Assembly (NCBI GenBank): GCA_963730935.1
Contig: CAVSTP010000004.1
Location: 1 to 64,000, forward strand
DNA length: 64,000 bases
From: an uncultured Nitrospiraceae bacterium
Lineage (GTDB): Bacteria; Nitrospirota; Nitrospiria; Nitrospirales; Nitrospiraceae
Direction: 5' to 3'
Below are positions 47,981 to 58,024 of the stretch, one piece after another. Both the position numbers and the translations under genes were made by a program. The notes below the pieces were generated by a model. It ran no database searches. It was not told the DNA's origin and saw only the letters and a list, made by a program, of their open reading frames with translations. The first letter of the stretch is position 1, and each line of letters starts with the position of its first letter.

Positions 47981-49822
47981 TCAGTTCTGGATTCGACAAG
48001 CAGAATTGTTTCGATGACTCAGTATGATCGGAGCTTCAATCAGTTCGGGTCGCGTTGCCCTTGGATCGTCACTTTCAAAACGAGGACCGGTGTCCTCCGC
48101 GCCTTCCTTCCACACCCGCGGCACGCGCCGGATGCCAATGGGAAAAATTGTGAGACGTCCTCCTTCATCAATATGCAATCGAAGAAAATGTTTCCAATCC
48201 TCAATGCGCAGCGAGGAAAATGCCTCGTTCATATGTCGTCCGAATACATTGAGCGAAATCAATAGATAGAACCCCAGCAGCATCGAGCCGACTATCCATC
48301 CGCCGAGAAAAATTAACGAACCTGTCAGGAGAAGTTGTTCGGGAGCCTGAAAGCGCAATCCAACAATAGTGATTGCAAGATAGGAAGCGCCCCAGCCGAT
48401 GAAAAATGTGGCTGCAATATGTGAAATCGCGTGCAGCGTTCCCGCAGTCCAGCGGTACCACTTCGCATAGGTATCGGTAAACAGGAAAAATCCTAGAAAG
48501 AGCACGGTCGTCCAAAAGATGGGGAACGGTGTCAGCAGTGATTGTGCGAAGACCACCGACGCCACTTCAGACAAGTCGGATATCTCGCCGACGTTCGCCA
48601 TGACGGACCATGCCGTCAGTAAGTACAGACTGGCCGGTACTATGCCGAATTTCCAGTTTACAAAGGGGAAAAGACCATTGAGGAGGGAGAGTTGTCGTGA
48701 CACGGACGGGTTCGGCCAACTGGCTTTATGATGAAATTTTCTCGCAGCATCAGCCTGCGTTGGCTGTAATGTTTCGACCAGGTCATTCACATTCCAGCCA
48801 TGTGTCGGATGGAGAAATGCGCCTCCTCCGCCGGCAATAAGTTTTTGGGTACCATCGTTCGCTTCGTGTCGGCGGTAATGATGGAGGTCTCCGGCCAGAA
48901 ACACCTGAATTGATTTCCCTTTGAGGATCTCTTTCTCCACAAAATCAAGATTGCGATCATTCACATTGGGGTCGTACCGCTGGTACTGAGCCTCGTAGAA
49001 CCACGTCGGTTCGGCGTTGCAAAGGATAATGCTGTCCCCATCTGGGATTTGTTTGGCCACCAGTTGGAAATATTTCACTTGTGGACCATCGATGTATGAA
49101 CTGAGTTGCGTGTCCAGAGCTAAGAGCCACCAGCCTTGCGGAAGCTTCATCGCAAAGTAACTGCGCAGCTGAGGGGTCGGAAATCCGGCAATCTCATCCT
49201 TGTCGATAAAATACCGGGTGAAGGCCACTAAGCTGTCATACCAGTCATGATTTCCAGGTATGGCAAACATATCGGGGCGGGCCTTCTCGCCATTGTACGC
49301 GCACTCATACGGATGGAATGTCCGTTCCTTGTAGGCCGACCGACTGGCGGTGGGATAGACTTCATCGCCACCAAAGACAAGCGCGTGACCACGAACTGTC
49401 ACATACAGGTTCTTTCCCCAGTTGAGATCAAGCTTGGGTCGACTGCTGTGGTAGGCGACGGTATAGGTGGGATTCCAGCCTTCCCCTAAATCGGCGACGT
49501 AGTCCAACCAAAATTCCTTGTGATGCGAGTAGTCGATGATGAAATGTGCTGGATCGTCGTCCGGCAAATCATCTGGGTCATCATAGAGCGCTTCAATTAA
49601 CCGGTAATCTGTGTGCCGGCCGAAGATCGTAGAAGTGACGACTTGTCCTGCCGTGCGCAGCAGCTGAGGCGGATCGTACCATCCCACCATTCGATGTTTT
49701 TTAATAGAGACGTTGTCGCTGCTGGATGGCGTTCTTGCCTTGAGAGGCTTGGGCTGCTTTGTGTCGAGAGGGTAGTCGATTGGTGCTGCGCGGTCAGTTT
49801 CAGACATGCGGGAGTGTACCAT
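47981..49822 (-). CDS. Metallophosphoesterase with C-terminal membrane domain
   Basis: DYVADLG, GGDEVYP, IPGNHDWYD, AGDLHHY, GGGGAFLHPTH; several TM helices. Confidence 0.85.
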   Translation of the reverse strand: MVHSRMSETDRAAPIDYPLDTKQPKPLKARTPSSSDNVSIKKHRMVGWYDPPQLLRTAGQVVTSTIFGRHTDYRLIEALYDDPDDLPDDDPAHFIIDYSHHKEFWLDYVADLGEGWNPTYTVAYHSSRPKLDLNWGKNLYVTVRGHALVFGGDEVYPTASRSAYKERTFHPYECAYNGEKARPDMFAIPGNHDWYDSLVAFTRYFIDKDEIAGFPTPQLRSYFAMKLPQGWWLLALDTQLSSYIDGPQVKYFQLVAKQIPDGDSIILCNAEPTWFYEAQYQRYDPNVNDRNLDFVEKEILKGKSIQVFLAGDLHHYRRHEANDGTQKLIAGGGGAFLHPTHGWNVNDLVETLQPTQADAARKFHHKASWPNPSVSRQLSLLNGLFPFVNWKFGIVPASLYLLTAWSVMANVGEISDLSEVASVVFAQSLLTPFPIFWTTVLFLGFFLFTDTYAKWYRWTAGTLHAISHIAATFFIGWGASYLAITIVGLRFQAPEQLLLTGSLIFLGGWIVGSMLLGFYLLISLNVFGRHMNEAFSSLRIEDWKHFLRLHIDEGGRLTIFPIGIRRVPRVWKEGAEDTGPRFESDDPRATRPELIEAPIILSHRNNSACRIQN

Positions 49823-49908
49823 AGCCCTTTGGCAAGGAAGAACGTTGACTAAACATCGCCTATTAAGAAGAAAGCAAAGTCTGCGGACGTTGTGGAATCG
49901 AGAGTTTG

Positions 49909-49957
49909 AAACAGAAAAAGAAAGGCCGCGCTGCCAGTGTTAGTGGAAGCGCGGCCT
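49909..49957 (-). terminator. Intrinsic terminator (minus strand)
   Basis: AGGCCGCGCT...AGCGCGGCCT 10-bp stem followed on the minus strand by TTCTTTTTCTGTTT. Confidence 0.7.
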
Positions 49958-49961
49958 CATA

Positions 49962-50060
49962 GCGTGAAGGCAACCGGTCAGTTCCTGGAAGGGTCAGGAC
50001 CAGAATCTGTATGGCCATCTGTTGGCGCTTGACAGCAGTGGCCGCTGGTCGGCTTCACAC
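49962..50060 (-). ncRNA. Candidate structured RNA (three-way junction) directly upstream of a terminator
   Basis: Hand-folded stems: GUGUGAAG/CUUCACGC + CGACC/GGUUG; GGCCA..CUGU/ACAG..UGGCC; CAG-UUCUGG/CCAGGA-CUG. No family assigned. Confidence 0.35.
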
Positions 50061-50080
50061 CGAATCCCCGAGAGCGCCTA

Positions 50081-50236
50081 GATTGCAAGTGTCAAATCTC
50101 AGATCTCAAACTAGAAACGCCGTGCGTATTGCAAATCTTGAATTTCAGATCTTTTAGACGCGCCTGGCGATTTCAGATCACAGATCTCAAATCTCAAACC
50201 AAGACGCTCAGCGAGTATCTCAGATCTCAAATATGA
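50081..50236. repeat. Clusters of degenerate heptamer tandem repeats (ATCTCAA/ATCTCAG/ATTTCAG)
   Basis: Four short runs visible; a further short run near 44408-44428. Confidence 0.7.
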
Positions 50237-50666
50237 CAAGTGAACGCCTAGTAAGTTTTCTAGTCCTGCCAGATCCGAGTCACGACAAAATAGATGAACC
50301 CCGCCAATAGGGTGTTGCTCACTATAAGAATGATCGCGAAATCCATGGTGACTCCTTTCCGACCCTGTGCCTGAGGGAAATGCAAACTGCAGACCACATG
50401 CAGTTCGCAATCGAGGTAAAAAGTGCCATTGCGGAAACGTCAAGCCAGTGTTGTCGTTCCGGCCAAGCGCATTTTTTCAATGACCAGTTCACCCCACCCA
50501 CAGGCACCATTTGGTGAGTCAGATTTGATTCTCCGTGAATCGAATCGGATTCTCGCAACCTGCGCTGATGTATGGGGAATTCCCTAAATGCACGCATCTC
50601 CAATTGATCGGATCAAGGCGAAAATGGCCGTTGGTTTCTGGGGCGCCGTTTCGTTACACTTGCCCA

Positions 50667-51254
50667 ATGACACCCACGGAACTGTTGCTGCCTCCCTCCT
50701 GTGAAGCTGCACTCCTCGAACGGTTTCTGAAGGCCGAAGCGATGGCGCTTTGGGCGGTGCGATCTGCGAAGGCGAAGGATGTGCCTTCTGGCGTGCTCTC
50801 GTTTCTGTTGCGGCATGAGGAAGAAGAGGCGAAGCACCTCAAGGAGTTCGAGGCCAGGCTTGGAGTTCAATCGCATGCCCGGGCGAAACTTCCCCGCATG
50901 CCGAGCCAGTGGTGGGCCCTGGTGATCCATCTGTTCGGCTACGAGACGTTGGGACTCGAGTTTGCCAAAGTGCTCGTCCAGGTGCAGCCGGACTTGATGT
51001 CAATTCTAGAAGATGAGCAAGTCCATGTGGAATTCTTCGAACGTGAAGTGAAAAAGGTCTTAGAAGGGGGAGGTCAGGCAGCGGAAGGGGCTCGGGACTC
51101 TGCCCAGGCTTGGTGGCGCCGGTTGCCGCCCACGCTGGACCGGTATTTGGAAGGCGAGGCGCTGGGGCCCTTCCGGCCCGAGCTTCGACAGCGGATCTTG
51201 GCGGCTATTCACACGCGCTTTTCTCGCGTGGGCCTGTTGGACGGGACGGCATAA
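50667..51254 (+). CDS. Ferritin-like four-helix-bundle protein
   Basis: AE...EEEAKH and YE...DEQVH diiron-type E/ExxH pattern. Confidence 0.7.
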   Translation: MTPTELLLPPSCEAALLERFLKAEAMALWAVRSAKAKDVPSGVLSFLLRHEEEEAKHLKEFEARLGVQSHARAKLPRMPSQWWALVIHLFGYETLGLEFAKVLVQVQPDLMSILEDEQVHVEFFEREVKKVLEGGGQAAEGARDSAQAWWRRLPPTLDRYLEGEALGPFRPELRQRILAAIHTRFSRVGLLDGTA

Positions 51255-51267
51255 TAAAGGAGCATCG

Positions 51268-51789
51268 ATGGACTGTGTGTTGTTTCGTCATGGTATTGCG
51301 GTGGAACGTGAGGAATGGGACGGACCGGACACCGACCGGCCGCTGACCGAACGCGGCGTCAAGCGCGTGTCGCAGGTGGCGGCGGGGTTGAGATGGCTGG
51401 AGGTGCAGCCCACCTACATTTTCTCGAGTCCGCTGGTACGTGCTCTGGAAACCGCCGATATTCTTCAGGCTTCCATGAGCATTGTGAGCGCGATCAAGCG
51501 TGTCGAGGAATTGCTACCGGATGCCAACCCGGAGCGGCTATTAGCCGTATTTCGCGATCTTCCGCCGGAATGCACTGTGTTATGCGTGGGTCATGAACCT
51601 CATCTTGGCCTGGCAGCCAGCATGATCCTTGCGGGAAAGCAGTCGTCGGCGTTTCCTTTCAAGAAGGCTGGCGCCTGCCTGATCGAACTGACCGAGCCTC
51701 CCAAGGTCGGCCGGGGAGTGCTGCGGTGGTGGATGGAACCGGGGCAATTAAGAGCGTTGGGAAAGAAGAAGGCGAAGCTGGAAGCCTAG
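51268..51789 (+). CDS. sixA: Phosphohistidine phosphatase SixA family
   Basis: LFRHGIA, DRPLT..G, SSPLVRALETA, VGHEPHL. Confidence 0.88.
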   Translation: MDCVLFRHGIAVEREEWDGPDTDRPLTERGVKRVSQVAAGLRWLEVQPTYIFSSPLVRALETADILQASMSIVSAIKRVEELLPDANPERLLAVFRDLPPECTVLCVGHEPHLGLAASMILAGKQSSAFPFKKAGACLIELTEPPKVGRGVLRWWMEPGQLRALGKKKAKLEA

Positions 51790-51801
51790 ACGCTCTGCGC
51801 G

Positions 51802-52533
51802 CTAGAGCTGGGCATCTTCAACTACCGGCGCCGTTCGCGTGAGACCTTCCTCGGTAAGCAGCTGTTGAATCTTGGCACGCAGCTCGTCTTGGATGTCTTC
51901 AAGGGATTTGCGGGCATCCACGACCTCGAATTTGAACTCGACCGCCATTTTGTCGAATTCTTCGATCATCAGCGACTGATACTTTTTGAAGCTGTCGTAG
52001 AGATCATTCCCCAGCCGCAGGTCCATGCCGGATTCCCAATAGTTCATGGCCTTGGTTTCGATGACGCGCAAGGCGAGCGTTTCGACGTCGACGCGTAAAT
52101 AGCAGACCAGGTCCGGCACCAGTGCGAAGCCAAAGACATCTCTGATCCATTTGCGGTCGCTGCTGCGAACGAAGTCACGGGCAAAGGCGGTATAAATATA
52201 CCGGTCGGCCAGCACAATGAATCCGGACCGCAATGCCGGAATGATTTCGTGCTCCAGCCGGTCGGCGAAGTCTGTTGCATACAACAGGCTGAGCGACCAG
52301 CGATCGATCGTGTTGCCTTCCTTGGCGACCTCGATCGTTTTGGACATCAGATTTGATCTCGTCCAGCCGGTGGTGATGACCCCGTACCCCTGCACTTCGA
52401 GCCATTCCTGTAACAACTCGATGTGAGTGGAACGGCCGACGCCGTCGGTGCCTTCAATGGCAATCAGTTTGCCCTTGAGATCACTCGGATTTAGGTACGT
52501 CAAACCGTCGCCAAAATAGTGAGCGTCTCCCAT
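51802..52533 (-). CDS. Thymidylate kinase-like P-loop protein (copy 2)
   Basis: IEGTDGVGRST, LADRYIYT; non-canonical P-loop with Arg for Lys. Confidence 0.82.
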   Translation of the reverse strand: MGDAHYFGDGLTYLNPSDLKGKLIAIEGTDGVGRSTHIELLQEWLEVQGYGVITTGWTRSNLMSKTIEVAKEGNTIDRWSLSLLYATDFADRLEHEIIPALRSGFIVLADRYIYTAFARDFVRSSDRKWIRDVFGFALVPDLVCYLRVDVETLALRVIETKAMNYWESGMDLRLGNDLYDSFKKYQSLMIEEFDKMAVEFKFEVVDARKSLEDIQDELRAKIQQLLTEEGLTRTAPVVEDAQL

Positions 52534-53230
52534 GAGTTCCCCGTCTTGGTTTGTAATCTTTCAAGGCCTCGTCTACGAGACGCCGCATGGCGTCCTGCTG
52601 TTGGGCGATGTCTTTGGTGGCATCCAGCGTGATGAGCTGATATTCGTCCACGATCTTGTCGTATTGCGCCAGGATGCGTGACTGGAAGATGCGGAAGCTT
52701 TCGGTCACGTCCTGACTCAGGTTCATGTCCATGCCGGCTTCATAGTACTTGAACTGCCCCCGCGTGCCGCCGAGCAGGCGCGAAATCGCCACCTCGATCG
52801 GGACCTTGAAGTAAAAGGCCATATCCGGCTTGATGGCAAAGCTGTACAGCTTGCGGACCCATTCGGATGAGACCCCGCGGACCACGTCGCGCGCAAAGGC
52901 CGTGTACATGTACCGGTCGGCCAGCACGAGCATGCCGGCTTTGAGCGGCGGAAGAATCTCGTGATAGAGGCGGCTCGCGAAATCGGTGGCATGCAGCAGA
53001 CTAAACGTGGTCGGGGTGAGACTCTTGTTCTTCTTCCCGCGCTTGGTCGTGTCCTTGACCAGTTCTGAAGAGTTCCATTCGGTGAAGAATACTTTATGAC
53101 CTTTTGATTCGAGCCACTTGTGCAAGAGGAGCAGTTGGGTGCTCTTTCCGGACCCGTCGATACCCTCGACGATGATCAACTTGCCCGGGTAGGGGTGGGG
53201 GGGAGTGCTGATTGGCGGCTGCTCGCTCAT
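52481..53230 (-). CDS. Thymidylate kinase-like P-loop protein (copy 1)
   Basis: VEGIDGSGKSTQ, LADRYMYT, KPD. Confidence 0.85.
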   Translation of the reverse strand: MSEQPPISTPPHPYPGKLIIVEGIDGSGKSTQLLLLHKWLESKGHKVFFTEWNSSELVKDTTKRGKKNKSLTPTTFSLLHATDFASRLYHEILPPLKAGMLVLADRYMYTAFARDVVRGVSSEWVRKLYSFAIKPDMAFYFKVPIEVAISRLLGGTRGQFKYYEAGMDMNLSQDVTESFRIFQSRILAQYDKIVDEYQLITLDATKDIAQQQDAMRRLVDEALKDYKPRRGTHGRRSLFWRRFDVPKSE

Positions 53231-54777
53231 GCCTCATCCTCCTGCGCCTTGAGTGTCAATTGTACCCGGCGACGGAAGATCCGTTCAAATAGGTCGGCCC
53301 TCCCCTTAGCGGCCCAGGCTTCCAATTCGGCATCGCCGGTCACATGCGCAATAATCTTGATAGTGGCGCCTATTTTAACATCCACCGTCTTAACGACGGA
53401 AAAGTGGGTGCGATCCAGACCGTCAGCGATCCGAAGGAGCGCCGACAGGACTCGAACCGAACGTTGCAGCTTCGGTGTGAGTGCGTCGAAGGTTTCATGC
53501 TTGCTGTGCGGATGCGCTCGCCGGTGGTAGCGGGCAATATTCGCGATCACCATAAGCTCTTCGGACGAAAGGCCGCCCAGCTCACTGTTGGTGATCAGGT
53601 AATACGTATGCTTGTGATGCGAGCGTTCGTTGATGAGGTACCCGATGTCATGAAGGATAGCCGCAAATTCGAGCCAGTCCCGTTCAGTGTCTCCCAGGTT
53701 ATGGAGCCGCTTCGTCTGGTCGAAGAGCCGCAAGGCGAGCGCGGCGACGTGGAGGCTGTGGGTTTCCGGCACCTGACAGCGGCGGGCCAAGGCCAGCACA
53801 TTACGGCGCCTCAAATCGGGAATTTCCGCTTCGGCCTTGATGCGTTCGCGGTGCCGTTCGATGAAATCGTAGATCACCCCTTCCCGGATGGCCTTGTCGC
53901 AGAGGATCAGCTCGTCACGTCCCGATAATTCCATCAGGCGGCGGATGACCATGGTGGCCGGGAACAATGTGTCCACACGTTTGGGGTCCAAGCCGGGGAT
54001 CGTGAGGCGTTCTTTGATCGTCGAGTTCCGCAGCGCCTGCTCGATTTCCTTCACCTCTTTCAGTGAGACGGTGGCGAGGTTGAGTTGGGGCAGGGGGCGG
54101 TTGTTTCGTCGCAGATGGATCACCTCGGCCATGTTGCCGGCCATTCCGGAGGTCGCGATGAGACTGTCGAAGCGCTTGGGTTTGAACCCTTGGAGCGTCT
54201 GCGTCAATTGCTCGCTCACGAGTTCTTCCAGGTCGTGCAACATTCTCTCGGACGGCGGCGTGCGCTGGAGGAATTGATCGGCGAGCCGGATGGCCCCAAG
54301 CTTGAGGCTCTTCGCGTCCAGCAACTGATCGCGATTGCCAGCCATGACCTCGACCGATCCACCGCCGACGTCGACCGCGAGTGCCGGTTGCTCCGTCATG
54401 GGCACGCTGTTCTTGATGCCCAAGAAAATCAATCGGGCTTCCTCTTCGCCGCTGATGACCCGAACCCTGAGGCCCGTCTGTTCTCTGACGAGATCGATGA
54501 AATCGCCGCCGTTCTTGGCTTCGCGCACCGCACTCGTGGCCACGGCGATGATCCGGTCGTAGCCTTTGTTCTTGGCGAGCGTGACCAAGCGGCCGATGAC
54601 GCTTAGCCCTCGGGCGATGGCCTCGTCGGACAGCCGCTGGGTCTCGAAGGCGCCGTTTCCCAGCCGGGCCATGTCTTTGAAGCGGTCGAGAATCTTGTAG
54701 GTGAAATCCGGTCGGACCTCGGCGATGACCATATGCACCGAATTGGTCCCGATATCGATGACGGCAATTTTTGACAT
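53227..54777 (-). CDS. ppx: Ppx/GppA exopolyphosphatase with C-terminal HD domain
   Basis: IDIGTNSVH, ATSAVREAKNG, ISGEEEARL, DVGGGSVE, IREG, LHDIG. Confidence 0.92.
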   Translation of the reverse strand: MSKIAVIDIGTNSVHMVIAEVRPDFTYKILDRFKDMARLGNGAFETQRLSDEAIARGLSVIGRLVTLAKNKGYDRIIAVATSAVREAKNGGDFIDLVREQTGLRVRVISGEEEARLIFLGIKNSVPMTEQPALAVDVGGGSVEVMAGNRDQLLDAKSLKLGAIRLADQFLQRTPPSERMLHDLEELVSEQLTQTLQGFKPKRFDSLIATSGMAGNMAEVIHLRRNNRPLPQLNLATVSLKEVKEIEQALRNSTIKERLTIPGLDPKRVDTLFPATMVIRRLMELSGRDELILCDKAIREGVIYDFIERHRERIKAEAEIPDLRRRNVLALARRCQVPETHSLHVAALALRLFDQTKRLHNLGDTERDWLEFAAILHDIGYLINERSHHKHTYYLITNSELGGLSSEELMVIANIARYHRRAHPHSKHETFDALTPKLQRSVRVLSALLRIADGLDRTHFSVVKTVDVKIGATIKIIAHVTGDAELEAWAAKGRADLFERIFRRRVQLTLKAQEDEA

Positions 54778-54890
54778 GATGGAGACGTTAGCAGCTCAAG
54801 AATTTGGCCATTGTAGATGAAATCGAGGGGCTTAGTGAAGAATGTTTCGTGGGTTGCAAATGTTAACTTTCTGTTACAATCCGCGCCCGT

Positions 54891-55760
54891 GTGGAGGGAA
54901 AGGTAGTGGTCGCTTCCCAATTTGTCTTGATCACGGGCGCTTCGACTGGAATCGGTGCCGCCTGCGCCATCGGGTGTGCAGAGCGCGGCATGACCGTGTT
55001 TGCCGGGGTCCGGAATCTCGCGGCCGGCGATGCGCTTCAGGCAAAGGCAGGTAAGGCAATCATTCCGGTCCAGCTGGATGTGACCGATGACGAATCCATC
55101 AAGAAAGCGGCTGACCTGGTGGCGCGTCACGTCGGGGAGGCAGGGCTGTCCGGTCTTGTCAATAACGCGGGGATTGCGATCGGCAGCCCATTGGAACTCA
55201 TCCCGCTCCAGCAGTTGCGCCGTCAGCTCGAAGTCAACGTCATCGGGCAGATCGCGGTGACTCAGGCGGTGCTTCCGTTGTTGCGCCGGTCACACGGCCG
55301 CATCGTCAACATGGGCTCGATTGCGGGCCGCGGGACCATTCCGATGATGGGTCCCTATTCGGCGTCGAAACACGCCTTGGAAGCGCTGACCGATGCATTG
55401 CGCCTGGAACTCTATCCGTGGGGTATCGAGGTGTCGATCATCGAGCCGGGCGCCGTCGCCACGCCGATTTGGGACAAGTCGATGCAGGTCTCGCTGGATG
55501 TCGAATCGGAGATGCCGGCTGACGGCAGGCATCTCTATAAGCTTGCTGCCGAGCAGATCAGAGAGGCAGTGGGACTCTCTGCGCGGCGGGCGATTCCGAC
55601 GGATGCGGTGGTGCAGGCGGTGCTGCATGCCCTCACGGCCAGACGGCCGAAAACACGCTATCTCGTCGGCCGAGATGCGAAGCTGCGGGCCGTCATGGTG
55701 AGATGGCTTCCGGATCGGATGCAAGATTGGATACTTAAAAAGGTTCTTAATCTCCCCTGA
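54891..55760 (+). CDS. Short-chain dehydrogenase/reductase
   Basis: TGASTGIG, NNAG, YSASK. Confidence 0.93.
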   Translation: MEGKVVVASQFVLITGASTGIGAACAIGCAERGMTVFAGVRNLAAGDALQAKAGKAIIPVQLDVTDDESIKKAADLVARHVGEAGLSGLVNNAGIAIGSPLELIPLQQLRRQLEVNVIGQIAVTQAVLPLLRRSHGRIVNMGSIAGRGTIPMMGPYSASKHALEALTDALRLELYPWGIEVSIIEPGAVATPIWDKSMQVSLDVESEMPADGRHLYKLAAEQIREAVGLSARRAIPTDAVVQAVLHALTARRPKTRYLVGRDAKLRAVMVRWLPDRMQDWILKKVLNLP

Positions 55761-55800
55761 AGTGGGGATCCGGCTGAGTGACGCGCTTTGCGCGCCTCAG

Positions 55801-55926
55801 GCAGGATGTTCAAAAAGCACGTTCAGCGAGGCCGCAGCGAGCGCAGAGGCGAATCGTACTTTGAGCTGTACGTTGAGCCTCTAAGTGATGCGAGAACGAC
55901 GCTGGCGGGCTTTTTCAACAGCCTGC
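55801..55926. mobile_element. MITE-like palindromic repeat, copy 1
   Basis: 18-bp terminal inverted repeats GCAGGATGTTCAAAAAGC / GCTTTTTCAACAGCCTGC (16/18); core shared with 60639..60761. Confidence 0.75.
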
Positions 55927-56339
55927 TAGCCGACCAGGTCGGGGTTGAGTCTATTGAGCGACTTGATGGAGAGCGCCTTGATCTCGTTATAGATGATCGT
56001 GCGCCCCGCCTGGCGGAGACGTGAGAAGATGCCCTCGACGATGACTTGATCGCCTTCCTTCACTTCGACCTGCCCAAGACCGATGACTTTCACGGTTCCC
56101 GACGTGTCCTTGAGGAGGAACCCGTATGCCGGTTGGCCCTGCCGGTTGGTGGCCAGCTGCACGTTGGTCACCTGCCCGGAGACGACGACTTCCTGCCGGT
56201 CATATTGATCGGGATGCGCGATGATGTCGGCTAGATCCAGGAGACTGACCGCATACACGGAGTTCGAGAACAGGACGCAGCCCATTAACAGGAGCGCAAC
56301 CGACAAGATGGCTCTGAAGGGCTGTCCTGAGGTTGCCAT
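55926..56339 (-). CDS. Exported OB-fold protein
   Basis: Signal peptide; VVVSGQV, FLLKD.SG.VKV, KEGDQVIVEG.F. Confidence 0.75.
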   Translation of the reverse strand: MATSGQPFRAILSVALLLMGCVLFSNSVYAVSLLDLADIIAHPDQYDRQEVVVSGQVTNVQLATNRQGQPAYGFLLKDTSGTVKVIGLGQVEVKEGDQVIVEGIFSRLRQAGRTIIYNEIKALSIKSLNRLNPDLVG

Positions 56340-56383
56340 GGTAGAACTCATAATAGCCGAGGATCGAAAATTTGCAAGGGGAA

Positions 56384-57580
56384 CTACCATTTGCCGCCAC
56401 CGGTAAGATCGGGATGTGGTTCGCCGAACATGCTCTTGAGCACGTGTTCCTTCATCTCATTGGTGGCCGGTTCGGCGGGCTTTTCAAGCAATTCGACCGA
56501 CTCCTCATGGGCCTTGGGCGTGCTGCGCGCCAGCATGGCTTCGTCGAGCGCTTCGGGCGATGAATCGAAGTCATTAAGGATGGCGGCCAAACGTTGAAGC
56601 CCGAAAAGGCTGCGGGTGATCTCTGCATGGACCGCATTTGAGCTGCCGCCTTGGACGAGTGAGAGCCAAAACTTCGCTTCCACATCTTCGTTGAGAGTCC
56701 CCCCGGCCAGCGTCGACAACTTTTCGAGGAGTTGCGTTTCCGTGCGTTCGAGGCCGTCGTAGGCAGACATCGACCGCTCGACAGGGCGAGTGGCCAGGAC
56801 GGCGAATGTCTCCTTCCACAAATCGACGGGCGGACTCTGCGATCCTGCTGCCGGAGCGCCGCGCTGGAGTGCGGCTTGTAAGGCCTGTAAGTACTGGGTC
56901 ATGTACTTGACCTTTCGCGCCGCCAGGCTTCCGGCGGGAAGTCCCCAAATATGACAGACCTCATGATCTTGAAGGGAAGCGAAGTCGGCAGTCTGCCGTT
57001 CGCGCTCGGCGACGTCGAGCCGCTTGCGATATTTGTCGGCGAGGCGAAGATGGGTCTGCAAGTCGATGCTCAGCCGCTGCTGCTGATATTGCTCAACGGT
57101 CAATTCGCGCGCCTCCCACCGCTGATCGAGAGCCCGAAGCGCCGGTTTTGGCAGCGCGGTGCGCGCTTGGTCCTTGAGTTGGGCGATCGCGTCAGAAGCC
57201 ATGCCGAACTTGGTCGTCAATAATTCAGCCGCCCGGTCGGCCATGGCCATCCGGAGCCCTGCCAGCTTGGCCAGACTGTCGCACTGTAATCTCGTCCGCT
57301 CGCGTTTCAGCCGCACATGCCGCAGATACTGGTCGCGCTTCTCGGTGACCGACCTGATAGCGTCCTGTGTCAAAACATTATGGGTGGGTTTGGAGCCGGC
57401 CACGCACCGAGGATCCGGCCGATCCGCGGTCATGTACTGAATTTCTTCGTCGGTCACGTCGAAATGCTGGAGCAGGATCAAGCGCAGCATGATCCTGCCC
57501 TGGATGGGCAGGCTGCTGATAACCGATTCGATCAGCTCAGGAGTGAGCGGTGAAGCAGAGGGGGCGGTTGTTGTTGTCAT
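56384..57580 (-). CDS. Hypothetical helical protein (398 aa)
   Basis: Long ORF with genome-like codon usage; no recognised motif. Confidence 0.75.
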   Translation of the reverse strand: MTTTTAPSASPLTPELIESVISSLPIQGRIMLRLILLQHFDVTDEEIQYMTADRPDPRCVAGSKPTHNVLTQDAIRSVTEKRDQYLRHVRLKRERTRLQCDSLAKLAGLRMAMADRAAELLTTKFGMASDAIAQLKDQARTALPKPALRALDQRWEARELTVEQYQQQRLSIDLQTHLRLADKYRKRLDVAERERQTADFASLQDHEVCHIWGLPAGSLAARKVKYMTQYLQALQAALQRGAPAAGSQSPPVDLWKETFAVLATRPVERSMSAYDGLERTETQLLEKLSTLAGGTLNEDVEAKFWLSLVQGGSSNAVHAEITRSLFGLQRLAAILNDFDSSPEALDEAMLARSTPKAHEESVELLEKPAEPATNEMKEHVLKSMFGEPHPDLTGGGKW

Positions 57581-57593
57581 AAGTTAGTGCTTT

Positions 57594-57806
57594 TCAGGCG
57601 GTGCCGGTTTGTTGAGATTCCAAGTAGAGTGCCACATGTTCACGAATTTGCTGGACGGTTCCGGTCGAAAACAGCTCGCGGGGAATTTCCACTCGGGTGA
57701 GCGTGGCAGGATCGACCCCTCGTTCAGCTGCATATTCTTCGTCGATATACAGGCTGACCGACCCGTCAGCATGGCGTATGGCGTACAGGGCGTCGTTCTC
57801 GGACAT
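57594..57806 (-). CDS. Small hypothetical protein
   Basis: 70 aa acidic ORF with GAGGG RBS, co-oriented with 56384..57580. Confidence 0.7.
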   Translation of the reverse strand: MSENDALYAIRHADGSVSLYIDEEYAAERGVDPATLTRVEIPRELFSTGTVQQIREHVALYLESQQTGTA

Positions 57807-58024
57807 ACCCTCTGCAAAGCCTCCCCACGTAACTATCTACAGGTAACATAGGGGGAAAGTGGGTGTCAAAACAGGATGGGGGGAAGGCGGACGGTCGCCC
57901 TCTGCTCAAGCGATGGTAAAAACCGCGTGGCCCAGGTCACTGCTTGGCTCCGCAACTTGTTCCGTCCTGGACTTCGTCCGAACGGAACTTCGAACAGTGC
58001 GTCTCGCCATCGCCAAGAGGCGAC

